64,000 bases of DNA, taken from the NCBI GenBank assembly GCA_964506245.1, contig CAZDKK010000002.1, forward strand, positions 73,982 through 137,981, read 5' to 3'. This document shows positions 37,791 through 46,616 of this stretch, in pieces. The stretch's first letter is position 1. Every line of letters starts with the position of its first letter. The DNA is from an uncultured bacterium. GTDB taxonomy: Bacteria; Eisenbacteria; RBG-16-71-46; CAIMUX01; WJJG01. Made by a program: the position numbers and the translations under genes. The notes beneath the pieces are model-generated. The model ran no database searches. It was not told the origin of the DNA and saw only the letters and a list, made by a program, of their open reading frames with translations.

Positions 37791-38528
37791 TCACGCGTTG
37801 CAGGCCGTACCAGCGGCCGGTGGCGGCGGCCAGGGGGTCCACAGAATGCAGAGCGGGGACATGGCAAGGACCGTCAGACCGGCGCGCCTCACCACCTCCC
37901 GCAGCTCTCCGGATCGGAACATGTGGCAGCGGTGCGTGGCGCCGTCCCAGTTCTCCGGCGTCAGATCCCCCGTGTCTGTGACCTTGCGGTTGCCTTCCGG
38001 TGGCACGGTGAGTACTCCCGACAAGAACCGGTGAGCCGTGCCCCAGAGCGACATGACGCTGGCAAGGACGTGCCCTTCCCTCTTGCAGACCCGCACGCAT
38101 TCCCGTAAGGCTACCGGCGCCTGCTCGAAGATGTAGCTGAGAGGTCCACCGTAGCAGACAACGGCGTCAAAGGATTCGGACTCCAGGCAGTTCATATCGC
38201 AGACATCCAGCTGCAGGCGATCCTCTACGGCACTATCGAAAGCCAACTGACTTGCATACTTCCGATGGAGTCCCAATTGGACCTGCGATAGGTCTGCTGC
38301 CACGATGCGGCACCCCATCTCCGCCAGTACCTGTGTAAATCGGCCCGGACCAGCGCCGACGTCCAAGACCCGTGATCCCGGCTTCACGAATACCCGCAGC
38401 TAATGTGTGTGAATGAAGAGGCTAACGGCGTCCACAGGACTGCGGGAGAATCGTTCCCATTCATGCTCGCCGTATTCGTCGTAGCGAGCAGCCACCCAGT
38501 CTGGATTGTAGGTGCTGGCCTGGTCCAT
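37791..38528 (-). pseudogene. Class I SAM-dependent methyltransferase interrupted by a single in-frame amber codon (TAG at 38400-38402)
   Basis: Track ORFs 38400..38771 (...MDQASTYNPDWVAARYDEYGEHEWERFSRSPVDAVSLFIHTH*) and 37791..38387 (V(GTG)KPGSRVLDVGAGPGRF...) are in the same frame. Only TAG + 4 codons (LRVF) separate them, and together they form a complete methyltransferase N-terminus + motif I. Confidence 0.65.
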
Positions 38529-38670
38529 ATTCCCTCTGTCCAACGAAAGCATCAGCGGTGGCGCGAAGCGGCATCCGCTGAATGTAGTGTTCGGCGTCTT
38601 CATGATCCATTGCACAATGCGGCACCAGGACTCCAGCAATGCTCCTACTAGAATTGAGCCTATTCCACTG

Positions 38671-39057
38671 TCAGCTGTCTGTTGTTGTGTCTCCTGCGCC
38701 GGGGAGCATTCGTTGGCGCACGCTGTCGCGCCCAATGACAGTGATGCGCCCCGCGAAGCTGATGTCGGCATGCTCGATCAACGCCAGCAGTGTAGAGGCC
38801 GGTTCCTCCGGATCCATGGGTGCGAAGCGAAGTAGAACGATACCCGGTTCTGCAGCGCTTGACGTTCGAAAGACCAGCGCACCGAAATCGCGGTCAAACG
38901 TGATGAGAGTGCGGTTTTGCTCGATGCCCAATCGAAGCACGTCGGCATCGGCTATGCCTGGGGATGATTCAGCAATTGACAGGACATCGTGACCGGCTGC
39001 TCGTAGGGCATGGAGGGATGCTCTTGGGATGTTCTCGTCGGCCAAGAAGCGCATCAC
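38671..39057 (-). CDS. DUF5615-type PIN-like putative toxin
   Basis: MRFLADENIPRA...HDV...TLITFDRDF signature. 4-bp overlap with the upstream DUF433 gene. Confidence 0.7.
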   Translation of the reverse strand: MMRFLADENIPRASLHALRAAGHDVLSIAESSPGIADADVLRLGIEQNRTLITFDRDFGALVFRTSSAAEPGIVLLRFAPMDPEEPASTLLALIEHADISFAGRITVIGRDSVRQRMLPGAGDTTTDS

Positions 39058-39293
39058 GTCCCCGTACGCCGAGTCGGGTAGGTGGATTCTTCACCTAGGA
39101 TCTGGGCGGCATATGCGTACACTGCCCTCAACGCATCCTGAGTGACCTTGGGGTAGTTCTCTCGAATCTGCTCCTCCGACCACCCTTCGGCTAGCAGCCC
39201 CAGGATGAAGTCCACTGATAGGCGCGTGCCTTTGATAACGGGCTTTCCCACAAGGATTTGCGAATCTATCATGATGTGGTTATGCCAGTTCAT
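39054..39293 (-). CDS. DUF433-domain putative antitoxin (start ATG 39293; the track ORF starts further upstream at 39494)
   Basis: IMIDSQILVGKPVIKGTRLSVDFILGLLAEGWSEEQIRENYP = DUF433 consensus. Confidence 0.75.
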   Translation of the reverse strand: MNWHNHIMIDSQILVGKPVIKGTRLSVDFILGLLAEGWSEEQIRENYPKVTQDALRAVYAYAAQILGEESTYPTRRTGT

Positions 39294-39679
39294 CGGATCA
39301 CTTCCTTCCTCCTGAAATCCCCAGTCCTCATTCAGTATACAGCATGTTCTTGGCCGAAGATGCCATCTCCTTTTTTCGCGCAGGGGGCAGTCGTCCAGCG
39401 CGGATTCCCGGTGTTGGGCATGGCCCGGTAGGTATCTGGAAGTGATCGAAAACCCCAGAGATTCAGCATCGATGCCTCGTGTCCTCTGCCACAACCTCGT
39501 CTGTGCCGGTTTCTGACCAACAGCCTGGATCGCGTCGGTTGGGGGAGGCTGATCAAAGGATAGGAATCACCCGCTGAGCGTGCGGATTCTGCTCGGACTG
39601 AAGCCGCCCGAGGTACGAGGGTAGGTGTGAGAGATAGCTTGACGTAGCTGCGAACGTCCAATCCAAACTTGTTGGACGG

Positions 39680-40800
39680 GAATCAGGCAGCCCCCCGCCA
39701 CTCGTACCGATGGTGCAGGCCGCCAACGCGGGCCGAAGAGACAACCTTCGCAGCCCGGTCGGATCGCGTTGTCGGCTGTCTGCTCACCGGGCAGTCCTTC
39801 TCCAGCCCAAGATGACACCGATCCTCGTGATGGTACTCAACGTACTCGTGGAGCATGCGGCGAAGATGGCGCTCACCCAGGACGACCACACTGTCCAGGA
39901 GATCCTGCCTGACAGAGAGCACCCATCTCTCGGCGATTCCGTTCTGCCAGGGACTTCGGTAGGCTGTTCCGACGATCTTCACCCCCATGCCATGGAGCGT
40001 CCTGGCAACCGCAGGCCCGAACTTGCCATCGCGATCGAAGATCAGGTACCGCGGGGTTTGGTCATCGGGGAACGCCTCGCGGAGGCGCTGGCAGATCCAG
40101 CCAGCCGTCGGGTTGGATGAGACGCCAACATGAAGGACGGTGCGACGAGCGTGGTGGATGATGAACAGAACGTAGAGAACCTGGAATCTCAACGTTGGGA
40201 CGGAGAAGAAGTCCATGGCGGCCAGGCAGTCTCGGTGATTCCGAAGAAATGTCATCCAACGTTGATGAGCATCTGGGCCGCGGGGACGCTTCGGCATGTA
40301 TCGCGCGACGGTGCGTTCTGACACCTCGAAGCCGAGCATCCGAAGCTCACCATGGATCCGAGGTGCTCCCCAGGTTGGATTCTCCGTTGCCATGGGCCGA
40401 ACCAAGTCACGAACCTCACCGTCGATAGCCAGCCGACCGCCTTGTTCGGTGCGCGACTTCCAGCGCCAGTATCTTTGGAAGCCCTGTCGATGCCAGCGGA
40501 TCACCGTCTCGGGTTTCACGATGATCAGTGCCTCACGCCACCTGGGCCACAGGCGGTGGAGGAGGACCCAGAGGGCGCGGTCAGATGCCCGCAGCCGAGG
40601 CCGCGGCTTCTTGGTCTTCAGGACGGCGAGCTGTTGGCGGAGCGCCATGTTCTCGAGGGCAAGGTCGAGCCTTGGCCTGAGCACGGCGCGGATGAACTGA
40701 GCCAGGCATGCGATCAGATGCATAGCCGGGGAAGAATGCTGCATCGGCGCGTCGATTGACAAGCTGCCGGTGCGTCTCTTGGTGCGGCCGCAAGTCCCAC
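39680..40800 (-). mobile_element. Intact insertion-sequence element (ends approximate; terminal inverted repeats not resolved)
   Basis: Homology with the two remnants stops within a few bp of the transposase stop on one side. On the other side it stops ~40790-40810, where a truncated FlgD-type C-terminal coding fragment begins. Confidence 0.5.
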
Positions 40801-40828
40801 CCGGACTTGGCGGACGAGGTTTTGGCAA
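39683..40828 (-). CDS. Insertion-sequence transposase, integrase-core (rve/DDE) family, IS481-like size; the start may be the internal ATG at 40744 or 40723
   Basis: rve-type catalytic region (...FDRDGKFGP...SPWQNGIAERW...). HTH-like N-terminus. 381 aa. Two degraded paralogous copies are in the window. Confidence 0.85.
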   Translation of the reverse strand: MPKPRPPSPGGTCGRTKRRTGSLSIDAPMQHSSPAMHLIACLAQFIRAVLRPRLDLALENMALRQQLAVLKTKKPRPRLRASDRALWVLLHRLWPRWREALIIVKPETVIRWHRQGFQRYWRWKSRTEQGGRLAIDGEVRDLVRPMATENPTWGAPRIHGELRMLGFEVSERTVARYMPKRPRGPDAHQRWMTFLRNHRDCLAAMDFFSVPTLRFQVLYVLFIIHHARRTVLHVGVSSNPTAGWICQRLREAFPDDQTPRYLIFDRDGKFGPAVARTLHGMGVKIVGTAYRSPWQNGIAERWVLSVRQDLLDSVVVLGERHLRRMLHEYVEYHHEDRCHLGLEKDCPVSRQPTTRSDRAAKVVSSARVGGLHHRYEWRGAA

Positions 40829-41030
40829 GCCACACCGGGTGAGCGTCTATGACCATGCTGGGCGCCTCGTGCGCCGGCTCTGCGACCAGATCCTGCCGGC
40901 GGGGCATCACCAGATCCCTTGGAACGGCCGCGGTCCGACGGGCGGACGGTTAGCGAGCGGGACCTATCTGATGCGGATCGAGACGGAGAGCAAGCACGTG
41001 GCGCGCACTCTCGTGCTGCTGGGCTGTTGA
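40770..41030 (+). pseudogene. Orphan C-terminal FlgD-Ig/T9SS-type sorting-domain fragment, remnant of a secreted-protein gene truncated at the insertion-sequence boundary
   Basis: ...RVSVYDHAGRLVRRL...IPWNGRGPTGGRLASGTYLMRIETESKHVARTLVLL* matches the C-terminal domain of the FG-GAP protein (ALDLYDVSGRKLKTV...GVYLYELRAGAFRSGGKIVVR). There is no N-terminal body; the insertion sequence sits directly upstream. Confidence 0.55.
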
Positions 41031-41049
41031 TCGCGGTAGCTTGATCCGA

Positions 41050-44000
41050 TCATCCTGCGCGAACGCGCCGGCGAACGACGGTGATCCGCCAGGAGGCCAG
41101 CAGGGCGACCGCCATGCCGCCGAACAGGAGCAGCGCCGCCGCGGATGCGCGATTCATGGGACTGGGGTGCGGCAGCGACACCCGCACGTCGCCGTCGCCC
41201 ACCACCACGAATCCCGCCCAGTAGAAGGGATGGTGCATTCCGGGTCTCGCGCGCACGGCCACCTGTGCAAGTTGCAGCGCGCTCGCAACCGTCTCACCAC
41301 GCGCAAGCTCTCTGTAGAAGTGCTCCATGAAGCGCGCCGTCCCGCGATCGTCCACGGGCCAGAGGGTCGCCACCACCGCCCCGGCGCCGGCGCTCAAGAA
41401 GGCCTGGCAGATTCCCAGGACGCCCTCGCCTGACAGGATCTGCCCGCCGGCCGACTCGCAGCTCGAGAGAACCACCAGGTCTGCCGCCAGGGACATCGCG
41501 GCGATCTCACCCGCGCGCAGCCCTCGCTCGGGACGGTCGAGCATGATCGGCAGCTTGGATTGCCACGGACTCTGATCATCGGCCCTGAAGTGCGCAGCCA
41601 CATGGATGGTTCCCGCGCGGCTGAGCTCCTCGATCGTGAGAGGCGTCCCCGGCACCCAAGGCGCATGAAGCGCCGCGCCGCGCGCGATCCGCTGCAGGGC
41701 CTCGACCTCCTCGACGACCCCGCGCAACGCCCGGCCGTCCCCGCCGGTGGTGTCGGCGATGACGCACATCGGACGAGTCCCCGGCTCGGCGAGCTCCTGA
41801 GACTGTGCGCGCAGCCACTGGAGCAGGGTTGCGGACGGCACGCGCACCCACTCGCGCCCGTAGCCTGCATCCGCCGCGGACGTCTCCGGCGACCCGTCGT
41901 CGATCAGCAGCCCGAGGGGCACGAGATTGAGCGGCCCATCCGGGGAAATGAAGACGCGCTGGGCGCCGGCGATCTGAGCCGCCAGCTCGCCGAACACGAG
42001 CTCGGTGAGCCGCTGCGTCGTCGCGCGCAACGCGGCGCCGCTCACCGACTGCGCGGAAAGCTCCGCCGGCACGGCCACCAGCTCGCGGTAGCGGCGCAAG
42101 ATGCCGCCCAGCTCATCGCCCGGGGGCAACGGTCTGGCCTGGCAGGTCTCCCGCGTGACCGCGAAGATGAACGAGGCCTTCGTTCCCACGTACGCATCGA
42201 GGAAGAGCTCACCGGGCCGGAGCACGTCACCTTGCAGCGCGGCCAGGGTAGCCAGATCCGTAACCGCCGGAAGACTCGCGGGACCGGTGATGCGCTCCTG
42301 CAGGGTGCGCGTCTTGAAGAGCTGGAGTCGATCGAACGCTGAGCGAACCCGTTCGTCCTCGGCCTGATCGGGCGCCTCGAGCAACGTAGCCGCCAGCTCC
42401 GTGCCGATGTTGCGGCCCAGCGCGCCCCGCTGCTCGCGCCAGACAGGATCCAGCGGCGCCGCACGCATGGCCTCCCAAACTCGGGCCGCTTGCTCGAGCG
42501 CGGCCAATGCGCTGTCGGGCTGAGCCAGTGACCGGTGAGCGCGCGCCTGCTCGACCAGACCCAGCATGTGGTAGTAGTCCAGGCCCCGCTCGGCGGCGCG
42601 CCGGGTGCCCCGCACGAGCAGGGGGAGCCCCTCACCGGGCTGGCCTGCGCGCGAGAGCAGAGCGCCCCGCTGCTGGTCGATCTGGGGCCAGGCGTCTCCA
42701 TTCGACGCACCGGTGATGACCGTCTCGGCCCGGTCGACGTAGGCGAGGGCGCGCTCGTAGTCCTGCAGGTCGTCCATGACATCCGACAGCCCCATGATGG
42801 CCGTCACATGCGCCTGTAGGGACATGTAGCTCGCCAGCTCCAGGGCCTGTTCGTAGCGCTGCGCGGCTTCGCGTGGTCGCCCGAACTCGCGGCTCAGCCG
42901 CGCCAGATGGCTCAAGGTCACCGCTTCGAGATCGTAGTACTTCTGATCTCGGCAGATCCGCAGAGCTTCCTGCAGCGCGCTCTCGGCGCTGTCCCGGTTT
43001 CCCAGCTTTCCGTAACAGAGCGCGACATTGATCAACGGCGTGACGGCCTGACGCAGATTGCCCGCGTCCTTCTGCAGCTTCAACGACCGCTCGAAGGCCT
43101 CCAGCGCGGCGCCCGGATCGCCCAGGGAGTACTCGAGCGTGGCGATGTTGTTGAGCGCCATCGCTTCCCCCAGCGGGTCGACCCGGCGCCGGGCGAGTTC
43201 GTGCGCGGCTCGGAACGCGGCCAGGGCCGGGAAGTACTCACCCTGGCTGGTCAAGGCCATGCCCCGGCCGTTCTGAGCCCAGCTCTCCCCTTCCAGGTCC
43301 CCCAGCGCGGCGAACACGCCCCCGGCCCGTTCGTACTGCTCAAGCGCCTCTCCGGAGCGGCCGAGCATGTTGGCCTGGTAGGCGAGACCGACCAGCGACC
43401 AGCCGATGGTGGCGGAATCCCCAGCCGCCGTGGCCAGCGTTAGTCCGCGGCTGAGGAGCTCACACGCCTCCGGCCTGCGCCCCATCGCCTCCATGGCGAC
43501 ACCCAACCAGCGCAGCGCGCGGCATTCCATGAGCGTGTCGCCCGCGATCCCCGCGAACGCAATCACCTCGCGCAGATCGGGCTCGGCCGCGGCGGCTCGC
43601 CCGAAGAAGACGCGCCGGACGCCGCGCCGCAGGAGGAGCTGGGCCTGCAGCCCGGGACCTTGCCCATCCGCTCCGTTCAACATGGCGTCGGTGAGCGCCA
43701 GGGAGGAGTCGCGCGCGGCGTGGGTCCAGAGCGAATCGATCAGATCGAGGGACTGTTGCTGATCCGCGGGCAGACTGGAGAATGTCTCATCGAGCAGCGG
43801 CCGCGGACGGGACTGCGCCGCGCTCGGCGCGGTGCACAGGATCAGCAGGCTGGTCGACCACGCGATGAGGAAGCGCGCCGCGCTAGCGCCGCGCGTCCTG
43901 CGCTCCCGCGTCGATGGTCTCCAGTTCGGACAGGTCGTCCCGGAAGAAGGCAATGCGGTAGCTCTCCGCTCCCGGCGCGGGCGCCCACGTGAAGCGGGCG

Positions 44001-44055
44001 CCGCCGTCTTCGAGTTGTTCCATGGTCGCGGCCACCACCGCGGCGACCGTCCCAT
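41050..44055 (-). CDS. Secreted TPR-repeat + CHAT (caspase-like) domain protein with a C-terminal TM anchor; start uncertain
   Basis: Signal-like FLIAWSTSLLILCTAPSAAQ. Many TPRs. CHAT signatures (IHVAAHF..., VVLSSCESAGG, HPFYWAGFVVVGDG). C-terminus ...PHPSPMNRASAAALLLFGGMAVALLASWRITVVRRRVRAG*. Confidence 0.8.
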   Translation of the reverse strand: MGRSPRWWPRPWNNSKTAAPASRGRPRRERRATALPSSGTTCPNWRPSTRERRTRGASAARFLIAWSTSLLILCTAPSAAQSRPRPLLDETFSSLPADQQQSLDLIDSLWTHAARDSSLALTDAMLNGADGQGPGLQAQLLLRRGVRRVFFGRAAAAEPDLREVIAFAGIAGDTLMECRALRWLGVAMEAMGRRPEACELLSRGLTLATAAGDSATIGWSLVGLAYQANMLGRSGEALEQYERAGGVFAALGDLEGESWAQNGRGMALTSQGEYFPALAAFRAAHELARRRVDPLGEAMALNNIATLEYSLGDPGAALEAFERSLKLQKDAGNLRQAVTPLINVALCYGKLGNRDSAESALQEALRICRDQKYYDLEAVTLSHLARLSREFGRPREAAQRYEQALELASYMSLQAHVTAIMGLSDVMDDLQDYERALAYVDRAETVITGASNGDAWPQIDQQRGALLSRAGQPGEGLPLLVRGTRRAAERGLDYYHMLGLVEQARAHRSLAQPDSALAALEQAARVWEAMRAAPLDPVWREQRGALGRNIGTELAATLLEAPDQAEDERVRSAFDRLQLFKTRTLQERITGPASLPAVTDLATLAALQGDVLRPGELFLDAYVGTKASFIFAVTRETCQARPLPPGDELGGILRRYRELVAVPAELSAQSVSGAALRATTQRLTELVFGELAAQIAGAQRVFISPDGPLNLVPLGLLIDDGSPETSAADAGYGREWVRVPSATLLQWLRAQSQELAEPGTRPMCVIADTTGGDGRALRGVVEEVEALQRIARGAALHAPWVPGTPLTIEELSRAGTIHVAAHFRADDQSPWQSKLPIMLDRPERGLRAGEIAAMSLAADLVVLSSCESAGGQILSGEGVLGICQAFLSAGAGAVVATLWPVDDRGTARFMEHFYRELARGETVASALQLAQVAVRARPGMHHPFYWAGFVVVGDGDVRVSLPHPSPMNRASAAALLLFGGMAVALLASWRITVVRRRVRAG

Positions 44056-44379
44056 CCGGTCCCCGCAAGACGATCGGCTCGTTCGGGCGGCGGCTGAACT
44101 GCGCGATCTGCTGCGTGGCGATGATGAGCAGCGCGACGACCGCCAGGCCCCAGGCCGGACGCAGGGTCGGGCGGATCAGCGTGCGCCCCAGCGCGCGCAG
44201 CGAATGCCCGGCTCATGCCTCGGATGCGCGGACCGATCCCGCCGGGGACGGATGCACCGGGATGATCTCACGTTCCAGGGCGGACGCCAATCGCATCCGC
44301 GCGTCTTCCGGGTTCACGGTGGCCGGGAGTTCGCGCGGGTTCAGGAAGGCCTGTCCTTCCCACAAACCTGGTCCGCACA

Positions 44380-44897
44380 GCGCCACTTGACGTTGCATGG
44401 CTGGTCCATCAGCCTCACAGACATGATGACACTGCTCTTGGGCACCGCGGCAGCGGTCATCAAGTCACGCCGGGCGCTCGTCCTGGAGAACCTCGCCCTG
44501 CGGCACCAGATCGGGGTTCTGCGGCGATCCGTCAAGCAGCCGCGGCTGAGACCGATGGATCGAGGGCTCTGGGTGCTGCTGTCGAGGATCTGGCGCGGGT
44601 GGGACAGGTCGCTCGTCTTGGTCAAACCCGAGACCGTGATCCGTTGGCATCGCAAGGGCTTTCGGCTGTATTGGCGATGGAAGAGCCGTGCACCAGGGCG
44701 GCCCAAGGTCTCATACGAGATCCGGGATCTGATCCGGCAGATATCCCGGGCCAACCCGCTCTGGGGTGCGCCCCGGATACACGCGAATTGCAGAAGCTCG
44801 GCATCGAGCAGGTCATGATTTCGGCCCGCTCTCCATGGCAGAGCCCGTACATGGTGGGCGGGCCTCATCATCGCTACTTCCGGAACGCTGCTTGACC
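44380..44897 (+). pseudogene. Internally deleted, frameshifted copy of the same insertion-sequence transposase (N-terminal ~130 aa fused to the last ~35 aa)
   Basis: ...LVLENLALRHQIGVLRRSVKQPRLRPMDRGLWVLLSRIWRGWDRSLVLVKPETVIRWHRKGFRLYWRWKSR...NPLWGAPRIH aligns with the intact N-terminus. After a frameshift, ...ISARSPWQSPYMVGGPHHRYFRNAA* aligns with the intact C-terminus. Confidence 0.7.
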
Positions 44898-45234
44898 GTC
44901 AAACCTGCGGCGGCAGCTTGGGACACCTGGGATCCGGTGGCCTCGCCCGTGGTTCTCCCGTGCCTGGCGCCGGTACGCGATCGGACCCGTACGACCGGAA
45001 GCAGATCGCCTTGCAGCTCGGGGATGTCATCCGATCCTATCTAGAAGAGCCAAGGGGGGGAACAATTCGCGGCCCGCGAGCGGTACATGACGGTGCGGGA
45101 CCGCGCCTTCTGCCCGATGGGTTCTTCGTGCCGGCGTGGCTCGGCAGATCGAGGCCCCAGCGCCGGGCGGTGGTGGCTCCACGCGCCGGCGCGAGGGACG
45201 GGGGCTCAGTGGGCACTCCCCTCTACGGAAGAGC

Positions 45235-45279
45235 GATGGGCTTGGTGCGATTGTGAGGCAGCGGAGATGCGTTCAGGGA
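45235..45279 (+). repeat. ~45-nt repeat, copy B: GATGGGCttggtGCGATTGTGAGGCaGCGGAGATGcgttcaggg
   Basis: See copy A at 36751-36795. Confidence 0.6.
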
Positions 45280-45388
45280 TTGGTGACGGCCCCGTACGGA
45301 GTTTTCGGGATGTACACCGGCCATGACCTGTGGACGCCGCAAGGCGGCCATCAGGTTCATGGGCTTGTCAGACCTCGGCTGTCGACTC

Positions 45389-45694
45389 TCATCCTCTCTT
45401 CTGTAGCGCCGTAACCTCACGCGTCAGGCGCGCCCCCAGGCGATCCCGCTCGACCTCAAGATCATAGCGCGTTTGGAGATTGAGCCAGAATCGTTCCGAA
45501 GTTCCAAAGTAACAGGATAGTCTCAGGGCGGTATCCGCGCTGATGGACCTCTTGCCATGGACGATTTCGTTGATTCGCCGGGCAGGGACAGTGATCTCCT
45601 TCGCGAGGCGGTACTGACTGATGCCCATTGGCTCGAGAAACTCCTTCAGGAGGATCTCACCAGGATGAATAGGAGCCATACGCTTGCGAGCCAT
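45389..45694 (-). CDS. higA: HigA-type antitoxin (XRE-family HTH)
   Basis: MARKRMAPIHPGEILLKEFLEPMGISQYRLAKEITVPARRINEIVHGKRSISADTALRL = HigA/VapI consensus. Confidence 0.9.
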   Translation of the reverse strand: MARKRMAPIHPGEILLKEFLEPMGISQYRLAKEITVPARRINEIVHGKRSISADTALRLSCYFGTSERFWLNLQTRYDLEVERDRLGARLTREVTALQKRG

Positions 45695-45703
45695 CGTGGC
45701 CTC

Positions 45704-45985
45704 CTAGTGGTAGCCCGTGATCTCCACCTCGAGTGCGTCGGCACCCCTCCAGCGGAAACAGACTCGCCACTGGTCGTTGATCCGAATACTGTACTGGCCC
45801 TGGCGTCGACCAGCGAGCTTCTCCAAGCGATTCCCCGGAGGAATCCGGAGATCATCGAGCCGATCGGCGGCATCCAGGATCAGGAGCTTCTGAAGGGCAG
45901 CGCGCTGAATCTCCGGGGAGAAGCGCGGGACCCGGAAACGCCGGAACACCCACTCCGTATCTCGACTTTGAAAGCTCCGGATCAT
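45704..45985 (-). CDS. higB: HigB-type toxin (RelE/ParE superfamily, 'plasmid maintenance system killer')
   Basis: MIRSFQSRDTEWVFRRF...PGNRLEKL...YSIRINDQWRVCFRW = HigB consensus. 9 bp upstream of higA. Confidence 0.9.
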   Translation of the reverse strand: MIRSFQSRDTEWVFRRFRVPRFSPEIQRAALQKLLILDAADRLDDLRIPPGNRLEKLAGRRQGQYSIRINDQWRVCFRWRGADALEVEITGYH

Positions 45986-46616
45986 GGTCTAATACTAACG
46001 CCTCGCGGTAATATCGTCACGCGTTATGTTCCGAGGTCTAGCGTAGACCCCCCCCTACACCCAGCCTCGCTCTTCTGCGGTCAGTCCGCAGCCTCACTCC
46101 CTCGCACTCACCCTATGATCGCAGATCCTGTTCACCTGCGCCAAGTACCCTCCGCAGCGGGCTCTCGCGCGGCTTCGTGGCCTCTCCCGAGGCCGCGGCC
46201 CACCCCGGCGCCACCCTACGCGGCCGCAAAGCTTGGACCGTATCGCGACAGCTTCTTCAGATTGTGCACGATCCCGAACAGCTTCCACTGAATGTCCACC
46301 TTCACCTTCCCCCGCAAACTGGGTTCGCACGGAATCCCGGAGCCGTGCCACGCACGCACGCACGGCTGCCGTTGCTGCAGTGCATCTCGAGTTGGGGGTG
46401 CAGCGTCACCCGTGACGGCTGATCTGAGGCGCATCCCACGAGCAGGCAAGCTCCTGCCAGTGGAAGAAACCACACAGGATCGGGTGCCAGCGTCCACGTA
46501 GGGCACGGACCCGCGAGCCCCCATTTGACCCCCCTGTCCCCGCCGTGTACTTTGAATCCGATGCCCGCGACGCACCGCCCTACCGGCGGCCGCGCGTGGA
46601 TCGGGAGGACCTGTGC

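Noticed and set aside
39294-40900. Terminal inverted repeats and target-site duplication of the intact insertion sequence
   Set aside because: No convincing terminal inverted repeat could be found by eye from the three copies. The element boundaries are therefore given only approximately from where inter-copy homology stops.
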